Positions 9,276 through 20,946 are shown, numbered from the stretch's first letter. The stretch is DNA of 64,000 nt from a virus (IMGVR_UViG_3300009164_000001:19557-83556); one strand, 5' to 3'. Program-made: numbers and translations. The notes: generated from the sequence alone by a model not told the origin.

Positions 9276-11591
9276 TTAAAATTCTATTGCATAACTCTCA
9301 GTATTATTATCATAATAATTGACAATATCTTTTAAGTCTTGAGAGTCTAGTCTATGTTTTTGACTAAGTATTGCTGAGCTTCCTCCAAAGTTTTGCCAGT
9401 TTTGATCTACATATCTAATATAAGGATGCCCTGCCCCATCTGATTCTACAACCATGTGTGCAGGCATACGTCCATTTTCCCCTAAAATTGTAACCTCTCT
9501 AGTAGAAACTTCTCCTTTTTTATGCATATCTAATTGTGCAACTAATCCGGCCATCCTGTTTTCAGGAGTATTTAACATTTTGTCTAAAGTTGTGTTACGA
9601 ATGTACTGCCCATCTAAGTGAACTGTTTTGTTTATAGGGGCATCTTTTGTTCCCCCAACAAGTTTTAATTCGTATATGTTGTTAGTCATATTCCACCCAA
9701 CATCGGCTACTGTAAATCCTGCAAGCTGAGCTCCAGTAATAGTTGTAGCACCTTCTTCAGTAATATCTGTAAGTGTAAAGTCTGCAGTAATAGGTTTGTT
9801 TACAAAGAAATTTTGTATAGCAGATGTTAAATTTTTAGATGCTTCTAAAGTAGGAGCATCAATACGTCCGTAGTTAAACGTAGTAGAAGTTTTAATTTCT
9901 TTAAATTGACTGTTTATTCTATCGTCAAACTTATGTCCTAAATCAAGATCAATTGTTGTTGCTGCTGCTGTATTTTTATTTAATGCAAATGGGTCACCAT
10001 ATGCTCTACCTGTAACAATATCTTTTGCATCTTGTGTAGATGTCCCATTAGGTATACCTGTTTTTGAAGGATCATTTTTAACTCCTGTAAATTCTGTTCC
10101 GTATTTTTCTTTAAATTTATTTTTAAAGTTAGCATAATCTTGACCATTTACATCGTCAGCAGCTTGTTGATATCTTATATATAATTCTCCAGGTTTTGCC
10201 CAAGGATATAATTCTTTTAAAACTGTGTAAGTTTGCCAAGCTGTTGGAGAAGATTTTACAATATCATTTTCACTAATAACTCCGTTAGCTGCAGTAAACA
10301 TTTGTTGTTGAATAAGAAGAGCTTGATCTTTATAGGATTTTAAAGTAGCTCTTTCTGCTTTTAAAGATTTCGGAGATAAACTAGCTACGTAGTCTGGGTT
10401 ATTTAATTTTTGCTCAAGTGCATATGCTGATGCAAATGCATTTTTCATGTTAGTTGTTTTTTCATCAAGATTAGCTCCGTTTCTATCTGCAAGGCTAACT
10501 TTACCCACAACTTGAAGACTTTGGTTAGCAAGTTCCCATTCTCTATCTTTAAGATATGATTCAGAGAATTCTTTACTTCTAGTACTGCTTTCACTTCTTA
10601 TAGCTTTCTTTTCTCCATAAGATTGGTAAGGAGCTATAATCTCGTCTTCGTATTTATTTTTAATGTAATCGTAAGACAGTTTTTCATCTGCTGCAACTTT
10701 TGTAGCTTTTGCAATTTCTCCAGTTAATGTTTCAATTTGATTTTTAATTTGAACTCTTTCGTCACTTTTAAGACTAGGGTCATCAAGCTTAGCAGTAAGT
10801 TTTCCAAGTACATTTGAGTAGTTGTCAGCCATAGAGGTTACAGTAGCAGATGCCCCTTGCCCTTTTGTAGCTGCATAAGCTTTCATATCTGCAAATTGAT
10901 TTACATAAGCTTTTACATCTGGTTCAGAAAGTACAGCATCAATTACGTCTTGAACATCTCTTTTATCAATTGTAATTACTTCAGTATCTGTAGTAAACTT
11001 GTACATGTTACCTTCTCCAGTGTACCCAGTAATTTTATTTTTAAAAGTTTCAGGTTGCAGGATAGCTAATCTAGCTTGTAACTTTTCCATAATTTTAGGA
11101 TCTTTTACAGCAGTTGGAGCAGAGAACATTGTTCCTTGCTTTGCTCTTCCTGTAGCTTCGTCCATTTCAAACCCTTTATATCCCTTTACCATGTAAGATG
11201 GGAATAGGTTTGCATACTCTTCGTTAACATCTCCTTTCTTAACACTTTCTTGAAGCTCAGTCATAGCTGCTGCATAACGAGTATAGTTCTCTTTGATAGG
11301 AGCATATTTACGAGAGAAGTCTTTTGCTTCTTTATGAATTACAAAACCTAAGTTTTCAAAGTCTCCACGATTAGCAATCTGTGCAAGCTTCTCATCTAAT
11401 TGAGCTTGCAATTCCTTCTTCTTCATCATATCGTTTTCAAAAGGCAATGCAGCTTGCATCTGATCAACAGCCATAGCCAATTGATCATTTGCTTTGAAAC
11501 TATCCATATAACGATTATGGAGAGTCTCCCCTATCTCTATAGACTTTGGGTCTACATACTGACTTACATATTCACCAAATTTATACGGCAT
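9276..11591 (-). CDS. Putative virion cargo/ejection protein (771 aa)
   Basis: Long helical ORF between the muzzle and the giant cargo genes, matching crAss-like gene order. Confidence 0.6.
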   Translation of the reverse strand: MPYKFGEYVSQYVDPKSIEIGETLHNRYMDSFKANDQLAMAVDQMQAALPFENDMMKKKELQAQLDEKLAQIANRGDFENLGFVIHKEAKDFSRKYAPIKENYTRYAAAMTELQESVKKGDVNEEYANLFPSYMVKGYKGFEMDEATGRAKQGTMFSAPTAVKDPKIMEKLQARLAILQPETFKNKITGYTGEGNMYKFTTDTEVITIDKRDVQDVIDAVLSEPDVKAYVNQFADMKAYAATKGQGASATVTSMADNYSNVLGKLTAKLDDPSLKSDERVQIKNQIETLTGEIAKATKVAADEKLSYDYIKNKYEDEIIAPYQSYGEKKAIRSESSTRSKEFSESYLKDREWELANQSLQVVGKVSLADRNGANLDEKTTNMKNAFASAYALEQKLNNPDYVASLSPKSLKAERATLKSYKDQALLIQQQMFTAANGVISENDIVKSSPTAWQTYTVLKELYPWAKPGELYIRYQQAADDVNGQDYANFKNKFKEKYGTEFTGVKNDPSKTGIPNGTSTQDAKDIVTGRAYGDPFALNKNTAAATTIDLDLGHKFDDRINSQFKEIKTSTTFNYGRIDAPTLEASKNLTSAIQNFFVNKPITADFTLTDITEEGATTITGAQLAGFTVADVGWNMTNNIYELKLVGGTKDAPINKTVHLDGQYIRNTTLDKMLNTPENRMAGLVAQLDMHKKGEVSTREVTILGENGRMPAHMVVESDGAGHPYIRYVDQNWQNFGGSSAILSQKHRLDSQDLKDIVNYYDNNTESYAIEF

Positions 11592-11600
11592 GGCATTTTA

Positions 11601-14600
11601 TTATATCGATTGTTTAGCTGTAGTATTTCTTTTAGTAGACAAATCACCTAGACGAGATGTGTATTTTCTACCCATTCCACCAAATCTTTTCTCCTCTTTG
11701 TCATCTGCTAAAACTTGTACTACTTTATATCCTAAGTCAGAAGCAATTTGCTGAAGCTCTCCTTCTGATTTTTGGTACACAGGGCTTTCTGGATTCTTAG
11801 CTTGCTTTCTTAATTGCTCCATTATCTCGTAACGGTTAAGTGATCCAGTTTTATCCAGACCTCTTGCAATTCTGTATTGCATATCAAGCTTACGTTGGTC
11901 CATTGACATTCCTGCAAGGCCTTTACCAAGAGCTTCTGCAACCCCTAAGTTACGTTCATCCATGTATTGGTTCTGATTGATATCAGCCATCATGTTTGAC
12001 TTACTTGCTTCAAGTTGTGCAGCTTGGTTTCTTCCAGCAACTTCAGCAGCTATCTGTGCTTCTGAGTTTTTAATTGCTCTGTTTTCTTGATCTTGTCTTT
12101 GAGATATTTTAGCAATTTCATCAGCTGTTTTAGTTGCTACACTTTGCATGGCAATGATTTTACCAGGACCTAAGTTTGTATTCTTTAGGTAGGTATTCAT
12201 AGCATTTTGTTGACGACGTGCATCTTCAATTTCTCCTGACTTATCTACTCTTGCAAGACTTGGGGCAGTTACAGATTGAGCTGCAGCCATGCCAGCAGTC
12301 TTTTTATAAGGCTTAAGCATTGCATAAGCAGGCCCTGCTAACTGTGCTAAACCTCCAAGAAATCCAGGGTGCTCTTCTAACCAAGTCTTACTTAGATCTA
12401 ATTTTCTTTCTGGATCTTTAGGAAGGTTTCCTGGCTCTCCATTATCTTGAGGTCTAAAGTTATAATCTAAAAGCTCTTGCTTTAACCCATCTTGAACTTT
12501 AAGATCTGTTTTTGTAGAAACAGGAAATGGTATAGGCTGATTTGTTTTAGGATCTCTAATATAATCTCCAGTCTGGGCATCCATTCTATATTCAACAAGT
12601 TGGCCATTTAGCATAAATCCGGTGCTAGGCTCATTTGTAGGACCCGTTGGAAGATCGTAATTTTCCATCCCCGTATAATCTTTGAAATCTTTATATGATG
12701 ATTTCTTTTTAGGATCTTTCTTTTTGCCACCTCCAGCATATTCTTGCATGCCACCAGTTCTAGCAATCTGTTTAGGATCACGGCCTGCTTGCTCTTCTTG
12801 CTGACGAGCTAAGTCTTTTATGATATTTTTTTTAGAAATAGGGTCTAAAGACGGATTAGAAGCAATAGCTTTATGTGCTTGAGAATACGGTTCTCCTTTT
12901 GGAGTTTTTAATACACGAGAGAAGAAGTATTGGTTTCCGTTAATTTTAGTTCCAGTTTCTTTATCTTCTACTTCAGTATATTTATCAAGCTTAATTCCTC
13001 CTTCTTCATGGGTATTTCCTAAATACTCAACATCATTAGAGTTTGGGATAGGTTTAATCTTTCCACCTTCTGCATAACGAGTTCCTCCAAGGTCGTTGTA
13101 AGATCCTCCAAACTCATAGCAATTAGGATCCATCATTCCACCATCAGCATGGCTGTTTACTTGTTGACAATGTTTGTTTAATTGTCTTTGAAAAAAATCT
13201 GCACCTGTCTGTCTTTTGCTGTGGTCACCTCCATAGTTAGCTTTACCTTTTTTAGTAAATAAACCACGAAGACCTCCACCACCTCCACCAGAACTTTGCT
13301 CTTCTTCAACAGGCCTTTCTTGTCTAAAGCCTAAGTCTTGATCTCCTTCCATTAAGTTGTTGTTCCAGTCATTTAACATTCGAGTTCCTGGACGTTTAGG
13401 ATCTGACTGATAATGGTCAAAGAAAGTTCCAGGCTCTTTTCCTGCATCCACACGACGCTGCTCTGCTGGAGAAAGAGGCATTTGTGGATAAGGAATTCTA
13501 TCTTGAAGTGTATGAGGATCAGCAGAATCAATGTCTACTCTACGGGCTTTTGCCCAATCCATATTGTACTGCTGTTTCTTTTGCTGGTACTCTTTTCTAG
13601 CATTTCTTCTAGCACTTTGCTCATCAAACGAATTGTACATTTCCCCAGAAGCTTTGTCTTCCTCAGGGGCAACAGCAGGAGTAGTAAAGTAGTTAAATTG
13701 TGGAGTGGCTTGAGCTACTGGATCACATGCCCCTGTTGCAGGATTGTATGTAGTTCCTGGAGGACATTCTGATCCACCCATAGCATATCTTTTCATACCA
13801 CCGTTACGAGCCATTTGATTTCCTCCTCTATAGGAGTCCATCATTTTGCTGTTAATGAAAGAATTATTAACTGCAGACATTTGATCTGTATCAGCCATAG
13901 CAAGTTTACCTGCTTCTTCTGTTGATGCTTTGTTATCTTTTATAGTGTCGTAAATTCCATAACCAAGTCCAGCAACTGCTCCTGCTAATGTTCCATATGG
14001 GCCTGCTACTGAACCGTAGCTTGCACCTTTTCCAACACTTGCCATGATGTTACCTACACCATAATGGTTTCTTTCTTTTTTTGTAAAAGTAGCAGCGTTG
14101 TTATCACTACCAGTATTTTTAATTATTTCTCCACCAATATTTAAAGCTGCTGCTACAGGCTGTCCGTAAGAACTTACTCCTGCCATAAATGAGCCTGCAG
14201 TATTTGCAGCATTAACAGCAGTTGATCCAACACTAGCTCCAGTAGATGCAAGATCTACTCCTGCCTCTCCAGCCATTGCTGCATTTGTACCAAACTCTTT
14301 AGCTGCAGTACTAGCTACTGTTTTTGTAGCTGCGGCAGCTGCTTGTTTAGCAGCTCTTTCTGCAAAAATATCTTTACCAGTGCTAAGTGCAAGTTTACCC
14401 AGCTCCATACCAGATTGTTTAACAACATCTTGTTGCTGCTTTTTTTGGTCTTCATTAAGTTTTTTTAACTCGTCTTGAGTTTCTTTTAATGATTGTAAAG
14501 CAACGTTTTGATTTTTACCTGCCTCATCTGCTGCAGATTGCCCTAGGTAATATGAAGCCTGTGGAGCTTGTGAAACTCCACTTAGGTTATATCCAGCTAA

Positions 14601-14666
14601 AGAGTACTTCTTAACTTTCTTTAGTGCAGGTTTTTGTTGTTGTCTACTAATTAGTTTTTTGGCCAT
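11601..14666 (-). CDS. Putative virion cargo protein (1021 aa) with multiple xxxGG motifs
   Basis: Directly after the muzzle gene. Gly/Ala hydrophobic segments, GNTHEEGG...EVEDKE block, repeated YAMGG/YEFGG/YAEGG motifs. Confidence 0.65.
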   Translation of the reverse strand: MAKKLISRQQQKPALKKVKKYSLAGYNLSGVSQAPQASYYLGQSAADEAGKNQNVALQSLKETQDELKKLNEDQKKQQQDVVKQSGMELGKLALSTGKDIFAERAAKQAAAAATKTVASTAAKEFGTNAAMAGEAGVDLASTGASVGSTAVNAANTAGSFMAGVSSYGQPVAAALNIGGEIIKNTGSDNNAATFTKKERNHYGVGNIMASVGKGASYGSVAGPYGTLAGAVAGLGYGIYDTIKDNKASTEEAGKLAMADTDQMSAVNNSFINSKMMDSYRGGNQMARNGGMKRYAMGGSECPPGTTYNPATGACDPVAQATPQFNYFTTPAVAPEEDKASGEMYNSFDEQSARRNARKEYQQKKQQYNMDWAKARRVDIDSADPHTLQDRIPYPQMPLSPAEQRRVDAGKEPGTFFDHYQSDPKRPGTRMLNDWNNNLMEGDQDLGFRQERPVEEEQSSGGGGGGLRGLFTKKGKANYGGDHSKRQTGADFFQRQLNKHCQQVNSHADGGMMDPNCYEFGGSYNDLGGTRYAEGGKIKPIPNSNDVEYLGNTHEEGGIKLDKYTEVEDKETGTKINGNQYFFSRVLKTPKGEPYSQAHKAIASNPSLDPISKKNIIKDLARQQEEQAGRDPKQIARTGGMQEYAGGGKKKDPKKKSSYKDFKDYTGMENYDLPTGPTNEPSTGFMLNGQLVEYRMDAQTGDYIRDPKTNQPIPFPVSTKTDLKVQDGLKQELLDYNFRPQDNGEPGNLPKDPERKLDLSKTWLEEHPGFLGGLAQLAGPAYAMLKPYKKTAGMAAAQSVTAPSLARVDKSGEIEDARRQQNAMNTYLKNTNLGPGKIIAMQSVATKTADEIAKISQRQDQENRAIKNSEAQIAAEVAGRNQAAQLEASKSNMMADINQNQYMDERNLGVAEALGKGLAGMSMDQRKLDMQYRIARGLDKTGSLNRYEIMEQLRKQAKNPESPVYQKSEGELQQIASDLGYKVVQVLADDKEEKRFGGMGRKYTSRLGDLSTKRNTTAKQSI

Positions 14667-14677
14667 AATCGTAAGGT

Positions 14678-17600
14678 TTATCTACTCGTAGTACGGTAGT
14701 TAGCTTTAGCTGTATACAAATTTATTAAATTTTGAGCTCGGTTGTTAGAAATTAATCGTATTCCTAAGAATTTATCTATGAACTTTCTTTGCTCATACCA
14801 AGGTTTGTTTGGCTCTAAGTAAGCAGTGTTTACTATTCCTTCTGATGTAAACATAGGAATTATACCTCCAGGAGCATATGTTCCTGTGTAATAGTCACCG
14901 TTTACATTTACTTGGTTTTGAGCCAAAGTTGTATTAAAATTTATTTTTGATAAATCTCTGAAGTCATTAAACACCCAGTTGTGATCAACTTTTCTAATGT
15001 TTTTAAGGTAAGTTAAATCTTTAACCCCTGAAATTTGCTCAGTAGTGTAAACATAGAAACTGGTGAATCCAGGATTTAAAGTTGAAGTTACTTTAGAGAT
15101 GTTATTAGCATCTGCTTTATATGTTTCTAAAAAATAAGTGATAGCCGAATATAGTTTATTATCACTTTTAGTAGTTGAAACAGCCCCCGTTTTAGACGTA
15201 GATACATCCCCAGTAGATATAAATTCAAACTCAAAATTAGATACAACACCATAAAAATTACCAGGATTAACATAATCATTATGTACATAAAACTTCGATG
15301 TAGGTAATGAATTAAAGCTGTACAGGTATTTAGTATTGAATGCATAAAGTGGTGGTATATAAGAGTGTCTACTAGCCCAAGCACCTGTGTCTAAAGATAA
15401 TGAAATTGTCCATCCCCCTTTTGTGAAATTAGTTCCTTCTATAAGAGGTATTGGCTCTCTTTTAATTTTATCTGTAACAAGTCCTCCAGTGATAACAATG
15501 GTTCCTAAAGTAAGTTGTGAATTAAAAGCATTTGTAGGGATAAGGTCTCGTTTAGTTATGATAATTCTTTTTAACAATGGATCGTAACTAACAAGGTATC
15601 CAAAGTTATTTGTTGGGGCATCTAGGTTTATTCCAGCAAGAGATGCTCCGTAGTTTTGTAAAGCAAATGGTACATTCTCTCTAGCCCAAGTTGATAATCC
15701 AAGGTCAGTTAAATCTTGTACTTTGTCTGTAATTAAGAAGATTTTTCTAGAGTTTCTAGATATAAACACATACCCATCTTTGGTTACTAAGGCTCCCATT
15801 TTATTGGTTAATCCCATGTACCCATCTGTAGATTGCACGAATTCATCAGGTTCTTGTGCAAATAAGTCACCTGAACCAATGTATGCTTGAGATGCATCAG
15901 CTAACTCAAGGTTTTGTTTACCTTTTGTTTTGAACAAACTCTTTTCAGTATGAATGTAAATTAATGCATTCAAGTTGAAGATGTTTGTAATAGATCCTTT
16001 GTTTTGCCCAAAGTCTTTAAGATCAATTGCTAAGAAATAACGATATGAATCTGTAAAGTTACCGTCTTGAATTATTGATCTGATTACACGGTTAGGAAAC
16101 AAGTTAGTAGATTTGTCTTTCTTTGGGTAAGGTATTGCTACTCTAATATCTTGTAAAGCAGAATAGTGTTCTTCGTAAAGTAAGTTTTCTTTTTTAGTAA
16201 GGTCATGTACAGGAGATCTCCACAATACATCTGTAGCAGTGTACTTATCAAAGTACATACTATCAGCTGTGCTTACTCCTTTTTCTGTATCCCCACAATA
16301 ACGGAAATTGATATTGTCATCAGATTCTATTATAATTTGATGTAAAATTGCATGAGGATCCCAATAAGCATTATCATCACCTAACCAGTTATTGTTATCA
16401 AGAATATCTGAATTGCTAGTATTAATTTGTTGATCAAGTGGTACATAAGAAAAAGTAGAATTAATGTTATCATCAACAATATTATCATCAAGAGAATTAG
16501 TAAATTCTGCGTAAAATGGTTCTTTTTGATTTCCAACTTCTTGTTTAAAATATCTAAATCCATATGCTTGAGACGTTAATCTATAAGCATATCTACATAT
16601 GTAAGTATCTCCTCCAAAAATGTCAGGAGTACGTACTCCAGTATAGTAATTACCTATTGTTGGATCATCTCCTGTAGTGATATTAACTTGTAATGTAGAT
16701 TTATAGAATCCAGTCCACACTAATCTTTGAGCATCAAATGGTTCAAATACGTCTGTTTTTGTTGAACACAAATTTGCTATGTATATGTTTGGTCTTGAAT
16801 ATTGTCTAGTAGCCGAGTAATAAGGATTAACTTTTTTTAAAATTGAAGCATCTTCTCCAATATAAGGATATTTACCTGTACCATGTAAAGGTGGAATTCC
16901 CGATTTCAAACCAAGCACAATTGAGCTTTCTCCACTTAGATTTAATAAGTATGTTGCTCCTTTAAATGCAGTTGAAGAACTGTTTTTAAGAATTGATAAT
17001 CCTGCTAAATAACTTGCACTGTCTGGATCTAATGGAAATATAGTTTGATTTGCTCCTAAAAATGACTGGTTACCGTCGGCTGCTCCAACAGCTACTCCAA
17101 AATCTACTCCAGTAGTTCCAGGCATATTATATTGTGCTGCAACCATTAAAAGTCCAAAAGCATTTGAAGTTCCATAAACAGGAGTGTCATCTGCATCATA
17201 ATTATCTGTGTTTCCCAAAGTAGAACTTATCCATTGGTACTCTGTTTCTCCACTTCTAAATTGAGTAAAACTCCAACTACTATCTACTGCTGGTGGGTCC
17301 CCGGCATTCATGTACCCAGGTTGAATTCCTTTGTGCCTTCCTCTCCATTGTTGCATTGTTGCAACATATTGCAAATCTATATGAGTTGCTTGCCCTAAAC
17401 TTTTTTGAGTTCTAAGTAAATTAAAGTCATGAAATTTAAATACTGATTGAGCTACTACGTTTTCGTTAGGTGTACTTGCCCAAGGATAGGCTGCATAAGC
17501 AAACGACTCCGTGTGAGGCAAAGCATCCATATACCATAAATGATAATATGGACCAAATTTAGCATCATCTATTTTATTAAATAAATTTCCTGATTTAATC

Positions 17601-19531
17601 CATTTAGCTGGATGAAGCCCACTTTGTCCTATTATTGTCTTATCACCTTGGTTTCTTTTTGCATAATACACTTTATATCCTTGTACTTGCTGAAGAATGA
17701 ATTTAGGAATTTTTAAATTTGCTAATTTAAATCCTAGTATTCTAGTAGTTTCCTTAAATGTTGTTTTAGAAATATTTGAAATTTGTGCAGAAGTTAAAGG
17801 TGGGTTTGAAAAATTTGTATTAGTAACTAATGTAGAAAACGAAGGATTATGGTTAGAAGGCATTTTGTGGTGCCTAACTTTTGTGTTTCTTATAGTTTCT
17901 GTGTATACAGGTGTACCAGACCCATCTACACTAAATACATCAAAGTCTGGAGAATCTGGATAAGTTTCATTTTTGTTTTCCCAATATCCAGTTGTCTGAC
18001 TTACATGCAAGCTTGTATCTAAATACTGATACATTGCTCCATTTGGATCTGTTTGTAAAAATTCTGCAGGGTTAAATCCTGAAACATCAACATTATTTAG
18101 AGAACCGTTTTCCCAAGATTTAACTACATTACGTCCAGGAATATGATATGCATAACTTTCTGTACCATCTTTAAATATAAATGATATATAGAACGAGTAT
18201 ACTTCTCCTCTTCTGTAACTTTTTTCTTTAAACAATCTGTTTATATTTCTATATCCTCTGTCTTTCCCATTTTGCAATGGGTAAGTTATTTGAGAAATAT
18301 AATTATAATCTACTGGAAAAGGATAGTTTAAATCTTGAGAAACTGCTGCATACCCATAATTAATATTGTATAGATCATAACTTCTAGGATCAAATTCTAC
18401 AATATCTTTTGTAATGGCTTGCAACTGTATTCCGTTAGCAAATCTTTGAAATCCTAGGTCTTTTCTTCCAGTTAAGTTTGCAGCATACATTCTATTATCT
18501 AACTGTGCAATAGATTTTGCACTGAGATAATTGACTTTATCTAATACTGCATCTTCTACAGTAGCTTTATCTACTTGTTCTAAACCACTATATGTAATGC
18601 TTATAGTTGTAGTTTTAATTTCTACAAACTCAAGTTTGTACACAAATTGAACATCTCCTATTTTTTGAAGTACATATGGTACAACGTATGTGTAGTCAAT
18701 GTTTAAATTTGTTAAATCCCATTTGATAGATTTGTTTGTTTCAACTCCACCTGGAGCTCCTCCAATCATTTCAAATGGAATATAGTTTTCTGAAGATGGG
18801 TGTACATATACTGGATTAGCCATCCCTAAAACATTAGTTTCAGTAAAGTCTTTATCTGCATATGCCACTGCTAAATAGTAAGCACCTGTTACAACTCCAC
18901 CACCTTCTACTATAGATGCGGCATTAAATTCAGGAATTCTTCCAGAATCCATAAACATGTTAAGCATGGTTATATTCTGACCTGTAGATGTGTATAATTT
19001 GTTTGAGGTGCCTCCAGAAGCTAAGAAAGTCTGCTGTCTTGTAACATTAAATACTCGTGGAGGATTATAGTACTCCGGGTATTCAATTTTAGTTACAGGC
19101 TCTACTGTGAACTTGTATTTGTTATCTGTGAAGTATATAATGATTTCTCCTGTAGGAGAAACTCTAAATTCTCCCGTAATAGGGTTATCTATATCAAAAT
19201 TTAAATGGCCAGTTGCTTCTCCAGTAGTTGTTGTAAGTAAAGCAAGTAAAATGTTTGTTGAAGTATTTACATAAAAAATACTTGAAGTAGATGTTGGAGT
19301 ACCAGCTTTGTTAGCAAAAATTATAAAGTTGTCATCAGGAAGAGCAATCTGGCCGACAGGTAAAAATCCTGTTGGGAGATTTGCCACAAGTTTGTTTCCA
19401 AATTCATTGCTAATAGCTCCTTTATTAATGTCCACTACAGCATTAAGTGCATCTCTATATGTACCGTCGACCTGATCTGAAAGACCAGTATCTTTGTTCA
19501 TCCCCTTTAAAAACTTTAATTCTGATGCCAT
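14678..19531 (-). CDS. Tail stabilization (muzzle) protein, P22 gp10-like
   Basis: N-terminal KGMNKD...YRDALN, beta-rich 1617 aa, FGGDTYI, C-terminal WASRHSYIP; follows the ring protein gene. Confidence 0.8.
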   Translation of the reverse strand: MASELKFLKGMNKDTGLSDQVDGTYRDALNAVVDINKGAISNEFGNKLVANLPTGFLPVGQIALPDDNFIIFANKAGTPTSTSSIFYVNTSTNILLALLTTTTGEATGHLNFDIDNPITGEFRVSPTGEIIIYFTDNKYKFTVEPVTKIEYPEYYNPPRVFNVTRQQTFLASGGTSNKLYTSTGQNITMLNMFMDSGRIPEFNAASIVEGGGVVTGAYYLAVAYADKDFTETNVLGMANPVYVHPSSENYIPFEMIGGAPGGVETNKSIKWDLTNLNIDYTYVVPYVLQKIGDVQFVYKLEFVEIKTTTISITYSGLEQVDKATVEDAVLDKVNYLSAKSIAQLDNRMYAANLTGRKDLGFQRFANGIQLQAITKDIVEFDPRSYDLYNINYGYAAVSQDLNYPFPVDYNYISQITYPLQNGKDRGYRNINRLFKEKSYRRGEVYSFYISFIFKDGTESYAYHIPGRNVVKSWENGSLNNVDVSGFNPAEFLQTDPNGAMYQYLDTSLHVSQTTGYWENKNETYPDSPDFDVFSVDGSGTPVYTETIRNTKVRHHKMPSNHNPSFSTLVTNTNFSNPPLTSAQISNISKTTFKETTRILGFKLANLKIPKFILQQVQGYKVYYAKRNQGDKTIIGQSGLHPAKWIKSGNLFNKIDDAKFGPYYHLWYMDALPHTESFAYAAYPWASTPNENVVAQSVFKFHDFNLLRTQKSLGQATHIDLQYVATMQQWRGRHKGIQPGYMNAGDPPAVDSSWSFTQFRSGETEYQWISSTLGNTDNYDADDTPVYGTSNAFGLLMVAAQYNMPGTTGVDFGVAVGAADGNQSFLGANQTIFPLDPDSASYLAGLSILKNSSSTAFKGATYLLNLSGESSIVLGLKSGIPPLHGTGKYPYIGEDASILKKVNPYYSATRQYSRPNIYIANLCSTKTDVFEPFDAQRLVWTGFYKSTLQVNITTGDDPTIGNYYTGVRTPDIFGGDTYICRYAYRLTSQAYGFRYFKQEVGNQKEPFYAEFTNSLDDNIVDDNINSTFSYVPLDQQINTSNSDILDNNNWLGDDNAYWDPHAILHQIIIESDDNINFRYCGDTEKGVSTADSMYFDKYTATDVLWRSPVHDLTKKENLLYEEHYSALQDIRVAIPYPKKDKSTNLFPNRVIRSIIQDGNFTDSYRYFLAIDLKDFGQNKGSITNIFNLNALIYIHTEKSLFKTKGKQNLELADASQAYIGSGDLFAQEPDEFVQSTDGYMGLTNKMGALVTKDGYVFISRNSRKIFLITDKVQDLTDLGLSTWARENVPFALQNYGASLAGINLDAPTNNFGYLVSYDPLLKRIIITKRDLIPTNAFNSQLTLGTIVITGGLVTDKIKREPIPLIEGTNFTKGGWTISLSLDTGAWASRHSYIPPLYAFNTKYLYSFNSLPTSKFYVHNDYVNPGNFYGVVSNFEFEFISTGDVSTSKTGAVSTTKSDNKLYSAITYFLETYKADANNISKVTSTLNPGFTSFYVYTTEQISGVKDLTYLKNIRKVDHNWVFNDFRDLSKINFNTTLAQNQVNVNGDYYTGTYAPGGIIPMFTSEGIVNTAYLEPNKPWYEQRKFIDKFLGIRLISNNRAQNLINLYTAKANYRTTSR

Positions 19532-19541
19532 AATTTTAGTA

Positions 19542-20435
19542 TTAGAAGTATCCTCTTCCGTAAGCTCCTCTGTTTAATTCTTCTCTTGTTCCCAAATTCT
19601 CGAAGAAGTTTGCATGTCTGTTCAAGTTTGGGATAAGTCTTACCCACTGATTCATGAATGATTCGTACTTATCGATGCTTGGGAAGTTAGCTTGATTACG
19701 TGCTTGAGTACAGTAGTATTTCCACTTAGTATCTGCAAAATTGTAATCAATTCCATTCATAGCTGGGGTATATCCCCCTAATAACATTTGTTTGTAAATG
19801 TACCAAAACATAGCTTCTTTAAAGCTGATGTCGTCTGGCACCATTGGGTAACAGTCTTCATCTACTGGAAATGCTGTGTAGCTAAAACAAACTACTCCTT
19901 TTTCAAATGAAGTATTAAGATAATCCCCATTGATTGTATAGGTGTCTTTTGATTTAGCAAACTTGTTTTCACATTGTTCACAGTGAAGTCCAATAGGGAA
20001 ATTGTTTGTCCCGTACTGCAATGGTGATAATGGTTGCCCTGATGAAAGGTAAAGGTTTTCAATTACTGAAATCCTTGCATTTAACTCTCTAAGTTGGTAG
20101 TTAAATCCTGTAGCATCATCTGGGTTAGACTGAATAAGATCATTTAAAGCTTTTACCTCAGCAAGTAATTCAGTCAATTCAGTCGACATTGACGGACTAA
20201 TTGTGTTGTTAATAGCCACTTGATTTATGTAATACAAATCAGCTGGCATTACAGTTTTGAAGTTTTCGATATTTAAAACACATCCTTTTTGAACAAGCTG
20301 TGGGGCAGAGCCAATATGCTCTAGAGCCTCTCCAGTCCATTCAACAGCATCATCAATCCAGTTATCTCCAGGGGGTTTTAAGTCCCTCATGACTTTACGG
20401 ATAATTACTTTGCTAGATACGTTTTTATAAATCAT
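19542..20435 (-). CDS. Tail tubular/ring protein (P22 gp4-like)
   Basis: EWTGEALEHIG, YTAFPVDEDCYPMVPD, EAMFWYI, W.YYC.QA motifs typical of crAss ring proteins. Confidence 0.75.
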   Translation of the reverse strand: MIYKNVSSKVIIRKVMRDLKPPGDNWIDDAVEWTGEALEHIGSAPQLVQKGCVLNIENFKTVMPADLYYINQVAINNTISPSMSTELTELLAEVKALNDLIQSNPDDATGFNYQLRELNARISVIENLYLSSGQPLSPLQYGTNNFPIGLHCEQCENKFAKSKDTYTINGDYLNTSFEKGVVCFSYTAFPVDEDCYPMVPDDISFKEAMFWYIYKQMLLGGYTPAMNGIDYNFADTKWKYYCTQARNQANFPSIDKYESFMNQWVRLIPNLNRHANFFENLGTREELNRGAYGRGYF

Positions 20436-20441
20436 GACTAA

Positions 20442-20942
20442 TTATTTTTTTGTCGGTGTGTATTTCTTGAACCTCAAATAAGCAATATCATCTTGTTTTA
20501 AAAGAGCTGTTAACTTCTCTTTATTCCCTTTCAATCCTCTAGAGGCGTCAAATCTGTAAGCAGTTTTGTTAGCCACTTTTGCTTTGTGTTTGGTCCAATG
20601 GAACTTACAGTAATACTTGTCAGTATAATATATGTGCCATTTTTGCCCTTCTCCAGTTGTACTATCGAACAACTTTACTCCTTTCTCAATAAGTTCTTTT
20701 TTGTACTTATTGGTTTCCATCCAATCAACTGTCAAGTTTCTTGGGTCCCGTTCTACTCTTTTAATCGATAATGTTCCGAGATTACTTTGCATGTTAAACT
20801 CATACCCGTCAAGGAGAGCTTCAACTATTGCTAGGTTAAACTCGGAACATATATCAGAAAACGTGTTGAAACTTATTTCGTCTTCAGTTTCAGTATTGTA
20901 GTCTTTATGAACGGCTTTTAAAGTGTGTGATTTGGCTTGCAT
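20442..20942 (-). CDS. IHF/HU-like protein of the crAss structural block
   Basis: FNMQSNLGTLSI...VDWMET...YRF pattern; position upstream of the ring protein. Confidence 0.6.
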   Translation of the reverse strand: MQAKSHTLKAVHKDYNTETEDEISFNTFSDICSEFNLAIVEALLDGYEFNMQSNLGTLSIKRVERDPRNLTVDWMETNKYKKELIEKGVKLFDSTTGEGQKWHIYYTDKYYCKFHWTKHKAKVANKTAYRFDASRGLKGNKEKLTALLKQDDIAYLRFKKYTPTKK

Positions 20943-20946
20943 TCAA